From: Coniocarpon cinnabarinum
Taxonomy: Eukaryota
NCBI GenBank assembly: GCA_051942205.1
Contig: JAVECO010000006.1
Coordinates: forward strand, 186,001-250,000
Length of the DNA stretch: 64,000 nucleotides
Direction of reading: 5' to 3'
Within the stretch, counting starts at the first letter, position 1. Every line of letters begins with the position of its first letter. The notes under the pieces are model-generated. The model did no database searches, was not told the DNA's origin, and was given only the letters and a program-made list of their open reading frames with translations. This document shows, piece by piece, positions 1 to 12,869 of this stretch. A program made the translations under genes and the position numbers.

Positions 1-19
1 CTCATCTCCTCGAAACGTC

Positions 20-1495
20 ATGGCCAACGACGAAAAGCCCGCCGTGCTCATAGTCGGTGGCATGGGTGAGTCTGTGTCCATTGCAAGCGTAATGCTTCCT
101 TCCCGCAGTGAACGCCACCATCAATCTGTCTACTGGCTCCTTCGGCTTGCCGTATCATTTTGAAAGAATGTATAGCCCTTGCAAGTTTTCCTGTACCGCG
201 CATAGAATGATTGCCCGAGTATGCATACTTCGGTCTTCTAAGTAACGCGACTAACACGACATTTGGCATAGGCTATATCGGCCGCTGCTTAGCCTTGCAC
301 ATCCTCAATGCGAATTTGGCATCTGAGCTGCGATTGGTGGACAAAGTCTTGCCGCAACTTGCCCGTCTGAGCCCAGAATGCGAAGCGGCCAACCTCAAAA
401 AATATTTCTTACAAGCTGATGCTTGCAGACAGCGTATGTGCGAATCTAGCGCGCGCACTCTCAGCTGGCCGCAATCCACACATAGAAGACTGCTTGTGCC
501 ATGCTAATCGTCTCTCTCAGAGTTCATGCCCAAAATCTTCGACAGAGCTAATGGAAAGCAGTTCGACTTTGTCTTCAACTGTGGTGGGGAAACTCGCTTC
601 AGCCAAGACGACGACGTTTACCGCACACGTTCCTATGATTTGGCGGTAGCCATGGGCAAGGAAGCTGCCAAGCGCGATATCTCTTGCTATATCGAGGTCT
701 CTACTGGTCAGGTGTACAAGCCTGCTGAGAGCCCCCGAAAAGAAACAGACAAGATCAAGCCGTGGACCAAGCTAGCCAAGTGGAAATTATCCGCCACCGA
801 GGAGATGGCCAAGATTGATGGTCTCAACATGGTCATTCTACGGGTGGCCAATGTTTACGGTCCGTACTGCCACGGGTTTATGGGCACGGGACTTTGCTTG
901 GCTCGAGTATATCAAGAAATGGGGCAGGAGATGAAATGGCTATGGGACAAGAATCTCATGACCAACACTGTGCATATTGATGACACCGCCCGCGCTCTTT
1001 GGGCCGCCGCGGTGTGGTATAGTGACACCGGCCAAGCGGAAAAAGGAAACGCGGGCCCTCCCATCTTCAACATCGTGGATCATAACAGGACAAGTATGTT
1101 GCCAGCCAACCGCGATTCGGGTTGTGAAACGACCGCTGACCATCTTTGCAGGCCAAGGCACAATGGCTGACTTGTTTGGCTCCGTGTTCAACATCAAGAC
1201 TGGGTTTCAGGGCAAGCTTGTGTCAGAGTTTGCCAAGCTCAACATTGACAGCGTGGTGGAGGACGTCAACGATGAGACGCTTGACGAATGGGCGGAACTG
1301 CAGAAACGCAGTGAGGTGCAAGAAGGGTACATCACGCCCTTCATGGAGGCGGAACTGTTGAAGGACACCGATCTGAGCTTGGACGGCAGCCGGTTTGAGA
1401 AGACGACGGGTTTCAAGTACACTAAGGAGCGGATGGGGAAGGCGGAGATCAAAGAGGTCATTGACAGCTACAAGCGCATGAACTGGTGGCCGTGA
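20..1495 (+). CDS. NAD-dependent epimerase/dehydratase (extended SDR) family protein, 4 exons
   Basis: ATG at 20. Removing intron 66-271 (GTGAGT..CTAAC..TAG) gives the Rossmann motif VLIVGGMG|YIG. Further introns at ~434-520 and ~1094-1151. Contains LRVANVYGP and VHIDD motifs; ends MNWWP*. Confidence 0.85.
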
Positions 1496-2681
1496 CCATG
1501 ACGGGTCGCTGCGACACGCCTGTTACATGGACCGGGACAAGCGATCACGGACAGAGAGAAGCTTGCGCAGATGGAACACTGGTGGTCAGCCGACATCACT
1601 GCGGCTGCACATGGCGGGGGAATAGATAATGATAATCGGTAGCAGTAGGAGGAGCCGGGCTAGGCGACAAAAGGTCCAAGGGGGGTCCTGATGCGGAGCA
1701 TGTGGCATGCGGTGGAGGAAGGAGAGGATTGCGAGACAGGGAGCGGCCGGATCCAAAGGATCACGGAGCTGGCGAGGGAGGTTTGAAGACACCAAGATTT
1801 TAGTATGCGGTCTGGCGAGGCCGGAGGAGGGCGGACGGCGCGTTGGAAGGGGACGCGCGCCCCGAGTATTGGATTGGGTGCTGCTTGCGTGGTGCGTGGT
1901 GCGTGGTGCGTAGGGCTTCAGGAGGCGGTCAGACGAGCCCGTGGCCCAGCACGAGAGCAGCCAAAGGAGCGAGCCGTGTTGGGTGGGCGAGCGTTAGACA
2001 GTCTGACATGACGGCCGGCGATGCTGCAGTCATCAGACAGCAGGTAAACATGCACAGAGAGAGAGAGCAGACTTCGTGTTTGTTCCAAGAAGCTGTGGCT
2101 GAGTTGTCGAGTACGGAGGCGTGTGCAGTGAATAGGGAGAAGGCGAAGGGTAGCGCGCCATTGGGTGTAACGTGACAGAGAGGAGAGCTGGCCGAGTTGC
2201 GGTGTCGCGGTGTCGCTGCGTGATTGGGCGACACGAGGACCACCCAAGGCCGCTAGCTCCAGGTACTCCCGCCGGCCGTCCAGATGGCCCATCTCGATTG
2301 GTGGGGTGCCTGGGAAAAAGGCAGAAAAAGACACACAGAACCACGCGTAGGGCTGAAGGCGTGCTTCCCCCTTGTTCCACTCCCCGATCTCGTCCAGTCC
2401 CAGTCCGCCCGTCGCTGGCTCTACTCTGCGCTTTCCTTTCTTTCTCTCCCTCTCTTCCTCTCCCTCCATCTTTTTTCCTGCCCATTTCTCTCGTACCACT
2501 CCCTCTCGCCCAACTAATACACTCTTTGCTGTGCCCTTTCTACAGGCCACCTCTCGTTTTTGCTTTTGGGACTACTTACGTATTTATTACTTAATTCTGA
2601 CACTCCTTCGCTCCACCCCTTACCTGTCATCTCCTGTTTGCAGCTGTTTCTTCCCTTTGACTCCTGCTCAACTACACTATA

Positions 2682-4520
2682 ATGCACGCCAAACTCGCCA
2701 CCACGGCCGCTCTGGCCTCGGCTGTCTCTGCCCAGGTCCACCAGGGCTTCAACTACGGTGCCGCATTCACCAACGGCAACCCTAAACAAGTCCAGGACTT
2801 CCAGGACGAGTTCACCGCGGCTCAGAACTTGCCCGGACACAAGGGCTTCACCAGCGCTCGCCTCTACACCAACATCCAGGCCAAGACCACCAACACTCCC
2901 ATCTCGGCTTTTCAAGCCGCCATCAACACCAAGACCACGCTCCTTCTTGGCATCTGGGGTTCTTCAGGCCAGGCCACCGTGGACACTGAAATCTCCGCCC
3001 TCAACGCGGCCATCGACCAGTATGGCTCTGCCTTGACCGACCTGATTGCAGGTGTCTCGGTCGGCTCCGAGGATCTCTACCGCAACTCTCCCACCGGCAT
3101 TGAATACAAGGCCGGCATCGGCGCCAACCCCGGCGACATCACCGGTTTCATCAACTGTGTGCGTGGCAACTTGACACAGAAAGGTGTCAATGCTCCAATT
3201 GGCCACGTGGACACGTGGACCGCTTGGTACGTCAGACGTTCATTCAATCCGCTGAGCAAATGAGTATCAGAGGCTAACGACACCATTAGGGTCAACGACT
3301 CCAACAGTGCGGTCGTCCAATCGTCTGATTTCTTGGGTGTTGACATGTACCCTTACTTCCAGACCAACGACAGCAATGGCATCGACAACGGCGCCAATCT
3401 CTTCTACCAAGCCCTTTCCGCCACCCAGCAGCACTCCCAGGGCAAGCCGGTCTGGGTCACCGAGACTGGTTGGCCTGTGAGTGGTGACAAGTCTGGCCAA
3501 GCTGAGACCAGCGTCGCCAACGCCAAAATCTACTGGGACCAAGTTGCGTGCAAGATCTTGGGTCAAATCAACACCTGGTGGTTCACTCTGCAAGACGCTG
3601 AGCCTGACACTCCAAACCCATCTTTCGGCATCATTGCCGGCCCATCTATCAAGAACCCTCCTCTCTTTGACCTGAGCTGCAGTGCTTCCAACACAACGCT
3701 CCCATCCAACGTCACTACCAACGGCCAAGGCTCCTCCACAGGCTCTTCAAGCAGCTCTTCCACTGGCACTTCCAGCTCTGGTGCTCCAGGCTCAGCACCT
3801 GGAAGCTCTTCTCCCAGTGCTCCTGGCAGCTCTGCTCCGGGTAGCGCCCCTGGTAGCTCTGCTCCTGGCAGCTATGGCTCGGGTGCTCCTGGCTCCTCTG
3901 TTCCAGGCGCTGCTGGTTCTTCCGGTTCTGCTGGTTCTCCTGGCTCTGCTCCAGGTGCTGCTGGTTCCGCTGGATCTTCTGGCTCTGCTCCTGGCAACTC
4001 GGCTCCCGGCAGTTACGGCTCAGGTGCCCCAGGCTCTGCTTCGGGCAGTGCTCCTGGCAGTGCCCCTGGTTCCTCCGTTCCGGGCGCTGCTGGTTCTGCT
4101 GGTTCTGCTGGTTCTGCTCCGGGCAGCTCTGCTCCTGGTGCTTCCGGTGCCTCTGGCTCTGCCCCAGGAAGCTCGGCTCCTGGTGCTTCCGGTTCTACCC
4201 CTGGCAGCTACGGCTCCGGTGCCGCGGGCAGTGCCCCTGGCAGCAGCAATGGTGCTTCCGGCGCTGCTGGCTCCGTCCCGGGCAGCTCCTCCGGCGCTAG
4301 CCCATACGGTGCCTCGCCCGCCGGCTCCAGCTCCCCATCTTACGGCTCCAACGGCTCCCCGTCCTACGGCTCCTCTCCTTACGGCTCTACACCCACTCCT
4401 GGCGCTGGCTCCGGCACCAACTCGGGCCGACCTGCCAGCTACACTGGCGCTGCTGTGGCCAACAGCCCGCAAGTTGCGATGGTGGCCGGTGTCATGGGTC
4501 TTGCGGCTTTGTTCGCATGA
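2682..4520 (+). CDS. eglC: GPI-anchored glucan endo-1,3-beta-glucosidase (GH17, EglC-like) with Ser/Gly/Ala/Pro-rich stalk
   Basis: Signal peptide, GFNYG, ARLYT, VSVGSEDLYR, GHVDTW, YPYFQ and VWVTETGWP motifs. One intron at ~3228-3289. Hydrophobic C-terminal GPI signal (VAMVAGVMGLAALFA). Confidence 0.92.
3770..4400 (+). repeat. Coding low-complexity repeats (GSAPGSS-type units) in the EglC stalk
   Basis: Many degenerate GGxTCTGCTCCTGGx units encoding SAPGS. Confidence 0.85.
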
Positions 4521-5410
4521 TTGCAAATCACGAGCTGAGAAGCTGAAAATTGAAGTGGGATTATTTACGTCTGTCTAATTTGTGTCTTGGGGATATCATG
4601 ATTTTTGGAGGGTGACATAGAAAATTGTCGAATGTTGATTAACTCGTCACGATCCTTGTTTCTATGATTTCTCCTTGCTTGCTCATATCACTCATGACTG
4701 TGAATACTACTGTGCTGCTCCTGTTATCGAGTCTTTCGCTGTCCCAATCCATTTGCGGGGTTTAATGGAAGCTATCATCGGCAGGGTTAGTTTTCAAAAA
4801 GCTTTCTCACAAGGAGTATTGCATAGACTCAATGGGAACAAGATGATGGCTGAGGCATTGTGGCTACACTCGGTACTCTGACAAAATCGCAGACAAGGTA
4901 CCAAGAGCTCCATTTTTCTAATCGACCTTTGTGACGCGACGTCACCATCAACGTCTTGATGTAATTCCGGCAGGCTTGATCTACAAAGTCATCAACGCGT
5001 GACCCGAACGGAAAGGGTCACCGACTTCCTGCACGTAACGAGGGACGAGGGACGGGACCTATATTCGGCGTCCCGCAGTCACGCGAGAAAAACGAGATGT
5101 CAGCAAAGTGAGCGGTTGTAAGGGTATGATTTTCTTTTGATGGCCTGGTGTCGGATTTTTGAGCCCGACTCTACTCAAAACTCGCATACAACAACCTTGG
5201 TGCCTGCTTCTTCATCCTCGCAAAATATGCATGTCTGCTGCTGCGTTGCGGTGCCCGTTTCTGCGCTTAGATCGCTCTGCGCTCGGATCAATCGTCAAGC
5301 TTCTGCTATTGATCTCGTTGGATCTGGGTGGATTACACTGTGCCGAGGTGGCTTGCGGCTTTATTTTACTTTACTTTACGGATGGTGGCGTACATCAGGC
5401 AGGATGCCTG

Positions 5411-5495
5411 AAGCAGATGCACGAAAGCAGATGCACGAAAGCAGATGCACGAAGCAGATGCACGAAGCAGATGCACGAAGCAGACGCACGAAAGC
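5411..5495. repeat. Intergenic minisatellite, ~6 copies of GCAGATGCACGAA(A)
   Basis: Directly visible 13-14 bp tandem unit; the last copy has a T>C change. Confidence 0.92.
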
Positions 5496-5904
5496 ATGGC
5501 GCGTGATCACAGGAATGAGCAACGTCAGCCGCACGGTCTTCAATAGAGAACATCTATTCCACACCTGTACCAAGTCCACCCAATAAAATAACATGGCTCA
5601 TGCCACTTTCATCTTCTTGAGAAAGGCATCATGGCAGCGTTCCGGGACTGATGAATTCCCGACCGGGCGTCGAAAATGAGGTCGAGCGAGGATTAGCTAC
5701 CGCGTGCTGCCCTGGTGATGAATAAGCATGGCTTACATGTATAATTGCATGGAGAGGCGGATGTGAAAGTGGGAATTTGTACGAGTGACGTAAGAGTAAA
5801 GCCACAGCGAGGACATGCTGCAAAGAGGGTATCTATTCAATACCTCTATACGCTCCACTCACTAATACAACAGGCTTGATGCCAGTCATCCACTCGAAAA
5901 CGGC

Positions 5905-7818
5905 TCACGGCAGCGTGCCATTCCCAGTGAAATCCCCACTCTGCGTGGTGAAATCCACCGTCGAGCCAAAGTCCGGCACACGCCCCAGCAGAATCTCAAG
6001 AGATCTGTATCCGGCGCCGGCCGCATAGCCCGGCAATTCATGGCCAGCCAACTGCACCTGGTAAAAGAGCAGACCGCGCTCCTTGCCGTACGATCCCAGG
6101 ATGCCAGCACCAGCGAGCGATCCGCCGTTGGGGTCGGGATGATACGGCACGTACAGATCCTCAGCAGGGTATGAGTTGAATCCCTGTGTACCGCCCCAGG
6201 TCGTATTTTGCAACGCAAATAGTGTTCCATTAGTTGCGAGCAAGAAGTCGAGATTGCCGGAGCCAATGATCACGTTTTGGGTCGTGTCAATGACATTGGT
6301 GAGGGTGCCGTCGAGGGCAGGACCAGGTGATTGATCTTGACGCGTGGGGCCCGCGAAGACGGGGTCAGAAGAGCATTGCTCCCAGTTCCAGCCGACGGGG
6401 GCGTTGATGGCGGCTTGGACGTCGGTGCGGTTGAAGTAGACTTGGCCGCCTGGTGGCTCGTAGTCGCCTTGGTTGACGATGCCGAGTTGGCCGTAGAGGT
6501 GGGGGCAGGTGTCTGTGATCTGTTGGGGCGATTGTTAGGATCTGGACTTGTGCAGAGGTGTACGGTAAGGTGAGTCGATGTGGACTTACGTGGTAGATGT
6601 TGAAGCAAGGGTTGACTTCTAGCGCGGCCGAGTAGACGGCGTCGAAGACGTCACAGCCGTCGACGGAGCTGTTTGGCGCTGCGGGGAAAGGTGATTGTTG
6701 AGCTGGGAACGTGAAGTCTAATTGCAGTGGTCAGATCGTGTATGCCAGCAGCGGTGTGGATTAACTCGATCGAACGACATACATTGGTTTCCAAAGTCGG
6801 AGTAGCCACACTGGTCAAAGGCCTGCTGAACCTCCTGCGTGAAGGATTGGTTCAGGTCCATAAGGTTCGCCCAGTACTCCAAGTACGGCACAACGGTGTA
6901 TTCCTGCTGAATAGTACCGTCACCGATAATGGGGTCGTTGATGGCAATACCCTTGAGGTTGTAGTATTGGGTGTTGTTCTCCTCCAAGAAGGAGTTGCCG
7001 ATGTAGGGAACGTAGAAGCCACCGTAAGACTCGCCCGTGATGTACACGTCGCGGTCTTGCAGTTGGAAGGTGTCGACGAAATTTCTCCAGAAGCCCTTGA
7101 ACTGTTCACCGAGCTCAATCTCGTCCGTGATGTTCGGTGTTCCTTGGGAGAAGCCGGTACCGACGGGTTGTTCGATCCACACCATGTTGGTGAGGTTGGA
7201 CCATGAGTACTGGTTCATAACCGGTGCGAGCGTACCTGCCTCCCAGGTAAAGGGACCGTTCTCAGTCAAGAGACCGCTCAGGGAGCTGCATCCGGGACCA
7301 CCATTGAGCTGAGCGTGTTGATCAGCATGTACTCGTGCATTGGACAAGTCTCAGAGGTTGTCATAATAGTACTTACCCAGACGGCAATTTCGTTCTCAGC
7401 TGCGGGATTCGAGCTGGGGAAGAACCAGAAGTACAACTGCCTAGACTCATTCGGATCGTTCGAGATGGGCAACAGTCCGGCGTAGCTTTCGCCAATCTGA
7501 TGAAACCTGGTCAGCAGCCTGTAACGAGGAATATAAAGATGGATGCTCGTCACTCACGTCGAAACCAACCTCGGGTATGGCAGTGCCATCAACCACGAAC
7601 TTCTGTGAGTTGGGGTTAAGGTAGGACGAGTTGCCAGCATCCTGACGCTTGTGGGGCAAGGTCTGGGCCCTCTTCTGGTGAGCTTGCTGCTGCTCGGCGG
7701 CGCGCTTCTCGTTGAAACGCTGCTTGACCGCTTCGGCCTTTTGGAAGACGTGCTCACCGCCGGCGGACGCGGTCAGCGCCAACGCGCCGACGAGACCGAG
7801 AGATCGCAGGAGTTGCAT
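5905..7818 (-). CDS. Secreted serine carboxypeptidase (peptidase S10), multi-exon
   Basis: Signal peptide, [27 protein letters not shown], catalytic Ser motif GESYGG, catalytic His motif AGHELP. Several GT-AG introns. Confidence 0.92.
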
Positions 7819-9906
7819 GGTCGATGGATGTAGCTAAACACAACGACAGACAAGACGCAATAGCAGCACGCAGGGGCCCGGGAAAGAGGCAGCAGTAAAG
7901 AGCATGGCGAGCAGTGGTTTATGTACCTATCGCATGACAGCATCACGGCATCATTCCTTCAGATGATGAGGCTTGGGGAGCTGGCAGTGCTCCAGACCAA
8001 TGAGCGTCACGCGACGGCGATCGGAGCTGCATGGACCTTCCACAACGAAGCCAGCGCGCAGCAGGTCAGCCAGGGTGCTGGCTCATGCTGATGAGGGGAG
8101 GAAGAACAGACGAAAGAGCAGACGACCAAGAGCCGCTATGCATGAAAGTGGAAGTTGTTGGGGGACCCAGGCTCCGTCGTCGTCGTCGAAAGATAAGATG
8201 CAGTGCACAGTGCGTGAACCAGATGATGTCAGGTTTCATTGGGCGACGCGGGAGATTGTGGATCATGCGGGTCTAGCGCCGGCACTAGGGCGAATGTGGC
8301 AGTCCTTGAGCAGCGTTGTGTCCACATCCCCGTCTCCTCTCCTCGCCCCGATCCACCACGCAATCTGAGCAGCAAAGGCATGCCCACCCTTGCTGCACGG
8401 AGGAGATGCATTAGGAAGTGCACCGACGTTGGCCTAGCTGGCGTCCAGTGCGCCGTGGTCAAGGAACACCCTTCGCAGTGGCTGATAGTTGAGATGGATT
8501 GTGAACCATGAAGCGACGGCGTTGACTCAGGTACCAGCTTCATACTGTAAGAAGCCAATGACGATGCCAAGCTCCATGATCCTCGGATACTACCTACCTG
8601 CCTTAGCCACCCAGGTCCTTCATCGTTCTCACCATGCCACCGTCAACGACAACCCGACGACTGTCCACTGTGTGGGGTCGTTATCGCGGCCATTGAGCCT
8701 TCATCTTGAGACTTGCTCAGGACGATTTGCTATGCATCAAGCCTCGTACACGTGTGCCAAATCCCGGGACATGAACTCTACAATGCATGCTACAGCAGCA
8801 ATGACAGAATATAGCGCAAATTGCTACTAAATTGCTACCTGTATAGGAATGTGTATAGACGCGTATTCTGCGTTGGGGCGCCCATGCGCCTTGCCTTTCT
8901 CTGTTTCGTTTTATGAGATGTCTTCTGAGAGACACAATTATCTGAGGCTACTTCCAAGACGTGCTTACGCCTTTGCTAAAGCCCGCCTCATCTGAGAACA
9001 GGCTGATAGATTGCCTTGTGTCGCAAACGACTCCAAGAATGGTCACCCTTCCAGATGATGGATAGCTGGTCCTTCGCTCCACGCATGAGAGCGCACGAGC
9101 GACATGAGTCGAACATTGTTGGATCACAGGCCTGTTCTCCCAGCAAAGACCACGACGAAACTCTGGCGATGCTTGTATTCTGCCAGGCCTGTGCGTAGGA
9201 TTTGGCTCAAAAGGGCAGCATGAGTGTTCCAAGTGACTGCGCGCAGATCATGGCAAACCAGCTTCCCAAGGTCCGTCGGGCGGTATGCGCACCACTGTCC
9301 GTGTCGTTGAGAAGCTGTGTACTCCACGTAGACGGGTACTCCGTATATACAAATAATGATGCCAAAGTTATATGTTGTGTGTCATGAAGCCACCACCAAA
9401 GGTTCTGTTCCCGACTCTCGACAGCCGAATCCATGAACAGATACAAACAAATAGATAAATTTAAGTCGCATTCTTTGCCCTTCAAAGCTGGCGGTGTCGA
9501 AAATGAACAGGTATGGAAATACCTTTCTCGAAAACTAATCGGCTAGTGCATTGCTGATCAGGAAGAGTAGTTTCGTCTTGGCCTGCATTGTGGTAGGCGG
9601 TCTGGAGGTCTTACAAGTGGGCTTCGTGCTTGTGCGAGAAACTTGTGGAATCGTGCAACGCTCCGTAACAATGATTGGTTATGACGATACGAATAACTTG
9701 TCGAGCTCGAAAATGGCCACATACAAAACGTGGTTCTGGTTTTTCACAGGAATGCTTTCCAATTAGATTTAGTCAATAATCCATACCGGTGCACTGCGAA
9801 TCCAGCTATAGCTGTGAGATATCTTGCACTGACCCCAGGTCCAGACGTTGGTGACGTGATGGTGCGAAATATGAGCTTTCGAATGCCAGGAGAAGATTTG
9901 TCTCAT

Positions 9907-11514
9907 TCAGGACTTTACGAACCTGCGGAAAATGTCATCCCTTCCTTCAGGGCCAATGGTCTCCCAATTGATCTTTTGAGAGTCTTGACCAAGCCTTCTG
10001 ACCATTAAATTGACGACAGCACAATAAGACCCAGGGTTCGCAGACGCAGTCTCAACCTGCCATTGACCCTCAGATGAACCTTCTTGGTGGAAGAGTATTT
10101 GCGTGATCTGATCACCAGGACGTACATCGCGCAATGCATTAAAGAATGGCAAACCAGCCAGATGTGTAATAAGTCGATGGATAGATGGAAAAATCCGCTC
10201 AACGCGCCGTCCTAGCCAGAGCCAGTGAAAAGTAGTCTGCTCGTATGCCGTTCGGATGTACGGGTTGACAAAGATCTGTGTACTAGTCTCACGTACAGAC
10301 GTAGAGTCGTGCTCTTTCTCAATGAGGTCTGCATGAATCAGACAGCACTCGGAAGATTCGTGAAAGAGATCCTGCTCGGCTCGAAATGTGACCAGCGGCT
10401 CCTGAGAAATTTCTGCCTGGAAGAATGAAGCGTCAAATGCGGCCATGCCACCCCAACACGCTTTGACTTCGACCGCGTCAAGCTGGCGCAACACGTCTGC
10501 TCTGCTTTTACCGGCCCCAGCGTTTGCAAACCAAGGAAACAGAGGGATACCAAGCTGGCGGCCTTCTGCGTCGCGCGTGGCGAGCATGTCATACATCAGA
10601 AACGGTGACTGGAAGTCCTGTGCGCACGCCGCCTTGTAATTGGTACGACCGTCGCTTTGAATGTTCGTGGCTAGTAAAAGCTGCACTGCTTCGACGGGAT
10701 CAAAGAGGACGTCATTAAGAAACAGCAACTTATCGTACTGGGGCGCGCCAGGCGCTTGCAAGGGCAGAAGAGTACGCTTGCGGGCCTCAGCGAGGTATTC
10801 AATTCGTTTCACGGCCTTTGCTCCATCAGGTAGCGGGATTACGGCCGGATGTTGGAGCTCAATCTCTTTCACTGAAACAAACTGATGTTCGCATGGGTAC
10901 CCATTCTCATATATCTGCAGGGCATCCTGTCCTCGCTCCCCACTGTCGCTCTCGAAGATGCTGACAAAAGTGTTCCGAGGGCCCAAGAGATCAACCACCT
11001 CTTTCACAAGACGACCCCAGTCTCCTCCAACAATATCTCCTGCCGGATCATAGAGACTGGCAGCAATAAATACACGCTCGTTGTGTGGATTCGCTCGTCC
11101 TGGTTCGCGAGTCTGACGAGCGGCGTTCCTCAGCTCACCGTAGTGAGGAGGCGGAGTGGTGTAAGAAGGGAACAGGATTGCGACAGCAAGTCCCAGCGTC
11201 AATAAGAATAATATAAAGTACCATGCGAGCCGAAGAAGAGCGGTCGCGCAAAGTCTCGGAGACTTCCAAAACGGCGGACGTCGTCTACGTTTTATAAATG
11301 GCGCTAGAGGACTCGTCGGGGACAGCATTAAGGAGGACGCTTGGTCCGCAGTAGCCGAGCGGCGGCGCTGGGTTCCATCGAACCTAGTCGGGGCATTTAT
11401 CTCAAGAGTTGGTAGCTCTAAAGGACGGAGACGAGCGGATTTAGAGAGATGGCCTGCGGAGGTGCTAACGCGAGACATAACAGTGTGGATGCTGCAAAGG
11501 AGTCCAAAGCTCAT
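9907..11514 (-). CDS. Glycosyltransferase family 69 (CAP59/CMT1-like mannosyltransferase), type II membrane protein
   Basis: Single N-terminal TM; FVSIFESDS, RIEYLAEAR, LLFLNDV, ACAQDF, YDMLATRD, VKACWGGMAAF and SECCLIHAD motifs. Start codon uncertain (11514 or 11478). Confidence 0.85.
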   Translation of the reverse strand: MSFGLLCSIHTVMSRVSTSAGHLSKSARLRPLELPTLEINAPTRFDGTQRRRSATADQASSLMLSPTSPLAPFIKRRRRPPFWKSPRLCATALLRLAWYFILFLLTLGLAVAILFPSYTTPPPHYGELRNAARQTREPGRANPHNERVFIAASLYDPAGDIVGGDWGRLVKEVVDLLGPRNTFVSIFESDSGERGQDALQIYENGYPCEHQFVSVKEIELQHPAVIPLPDGAKAVKRIEYLAEARKRTLLPLQAPGAPQYDKLLFLNDVLFDPVEAVQLLLATNIQSDGRTNYKAACAQDFQSPFLMYDMLATRDAEGRQLGIPLFPWFANAGAGKSRADVLRQLDAVEVKACWGGMAAFDASFFQAEISQEPLVTFRAEQDLFHESSECCLIHADLIEKEHDSTSVRETSTQIFVNPYIRTAYEQTTFHWLWLGRRVERIFPSIHRLITHLAGLPFFNALRDVRPGDQITQILFHQEGSSEGQWQVETASANPGSYCAVVNLMVRRLGQDSQKINWETIGPEGRDDIFRRFVKS

Positions 11515-11773
11515 GAGAAACGGAGCGCGTTTATCAGCGCACCTTGGGCCATCGAGGCTCAAGTTGAAGGGTGGGTCTTGAGAGGGCGGTCGCGTGGACG
11601 GTTGAGGAGAACGGACGGATAGGCGTCAGAGCTCGCATCGACATCCATGTTGGGAAGGGAGGAGGGATGGCAAAGTGATTTGCCCTTTGCGGAAGCGATG
11701 TCAGTGAAACGCCCGACGGGCAGGGGAGAGAAGAGCGTCAGCAAGGGCCATGAATAGCAGACTGATGCTGAGA

Positions 11774-11797
11774 GGATGCGGATGCGGATGCGGATGT
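11774..11797. repeat. Microsatellite (GGATGC)x~4
   Basis: ggatgcggatgcggatgcggatgt upstream of the GT69 gene. Confidence 0.7.
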
Positions 11798-12869
11798 GGC
11801 TCAGTGCGTAATAACAACACTCAGTCGGAGGCGGACACTGGCGGAGTTGCAGCCGTTTACTACGATTTCGTCAGCTACTGCAAACGGTAAGACTGAATGA
11901 AATCCCACGTGAGCTTGTAAAGTGTTGGGATGACCGCCTTGCCGCCTCCTCTTCAACGTTCAATCCGTGCAAGCCTTAAACTCACCTGCGCTTCGCCTCC
12001 TGCAATGACACCGACAAAGGTTTTGGATGGCCAAGAGCAGCCTTACAAAATCTGAACAAACTGTCTCAAAGCACGACTGAACCTACGTATCTGCACTGAC
12101 GAATCCCCAAGTCTCAATTGTGCGAGCGGTAACTTCATAGCCCCTTCCGCGAATGTGACCCAACTTCTTCGCAAAGACAGAGTGTTGAGTCTGGATACTA
12201 TAGGCATTATTTAGCGCATTGGTCGCGAATCGGGTGTTTCTAGAAGACTGCTCAGGAGACCGAAGTAGCTAGCGAGGCATTGGAACTGGCTGTTTCGCAA
12301 GCGTGCTTGGATCTGTGTGAGAAGCAGGTAGCTACAATCCTTCCGATCACGCCATCGCAATGTGCAATCAATTTTGATTTTCGATGTTTATCCACAATCA
12401 AGGGCCGTGCTGTGTATATACAGCCTTCAATTGATGACATTGAATTTCTTCTGTTGCAATCATCTGTCCATTTTGCAGCCTGACTTGTTGCTGGTCTTTC
12501 TGATGCTACTGACGACGCTGTACTACCACGTGTTGGATGGCCATATTTCAGAGTCCGCAAGATTGAGTACGTCCAACGCCACCGGTCAGAATATGACGAG
12601 GGAATGTGAAGGCAACCGAGTTTCAGGCAGAAACGGTAGCCTTATTAACAAGGCAGGGGAGCATCTCAATCAGATGCAGAATCCATGCTGCGTGTGCGCT
12701 GCAGATCCAGTAATTCTTTTCTCCTGATCGTGCCATTGTCCATTACGTGGAGCCCCTTGACGCAATAGCATCCCTTGACTAGAGGAACGAGTTGCTGCCT
12801 TACGAGCCCGTCTGACAGTCGATGGAATTTGAATTCTTATAGCCTCACACGGGCTCACTTGCGGCGTAC

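Noticed and set aside
65..114. Possible [D1,2] stwintron in epimerase intron 1 (G|GTGAGT..CAG|TGAAC)
   Set aside because: Assigning G65 to the intron would frameshift the GGMG|YIG motif, and the internal intron would be only ~43 nt.
1586..2680. Cluster of overlapping ORFs and (GCGTGGT)n / CT-rich tracts
   Set aside because: This is the low-complexity promoter and 5'UTR of eglC; the translations are compositionally biased with no domain signal.
3682..4578. 298-aa Leu/Val/Ala-rich ORF resembling a membrane protein
   Set aside because: It is an alternate frame of the GSAPG repeat region of eglC; the hydrophobicity is a codon-shift artefact.
5411..5495. Short direct repeats as a CRISPR array (also 46041-46148 and 26771-26878)
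   Set aside because: The units are head-to-tail with no unique spacers, there are no cas genes, and the context is eukaryotic.
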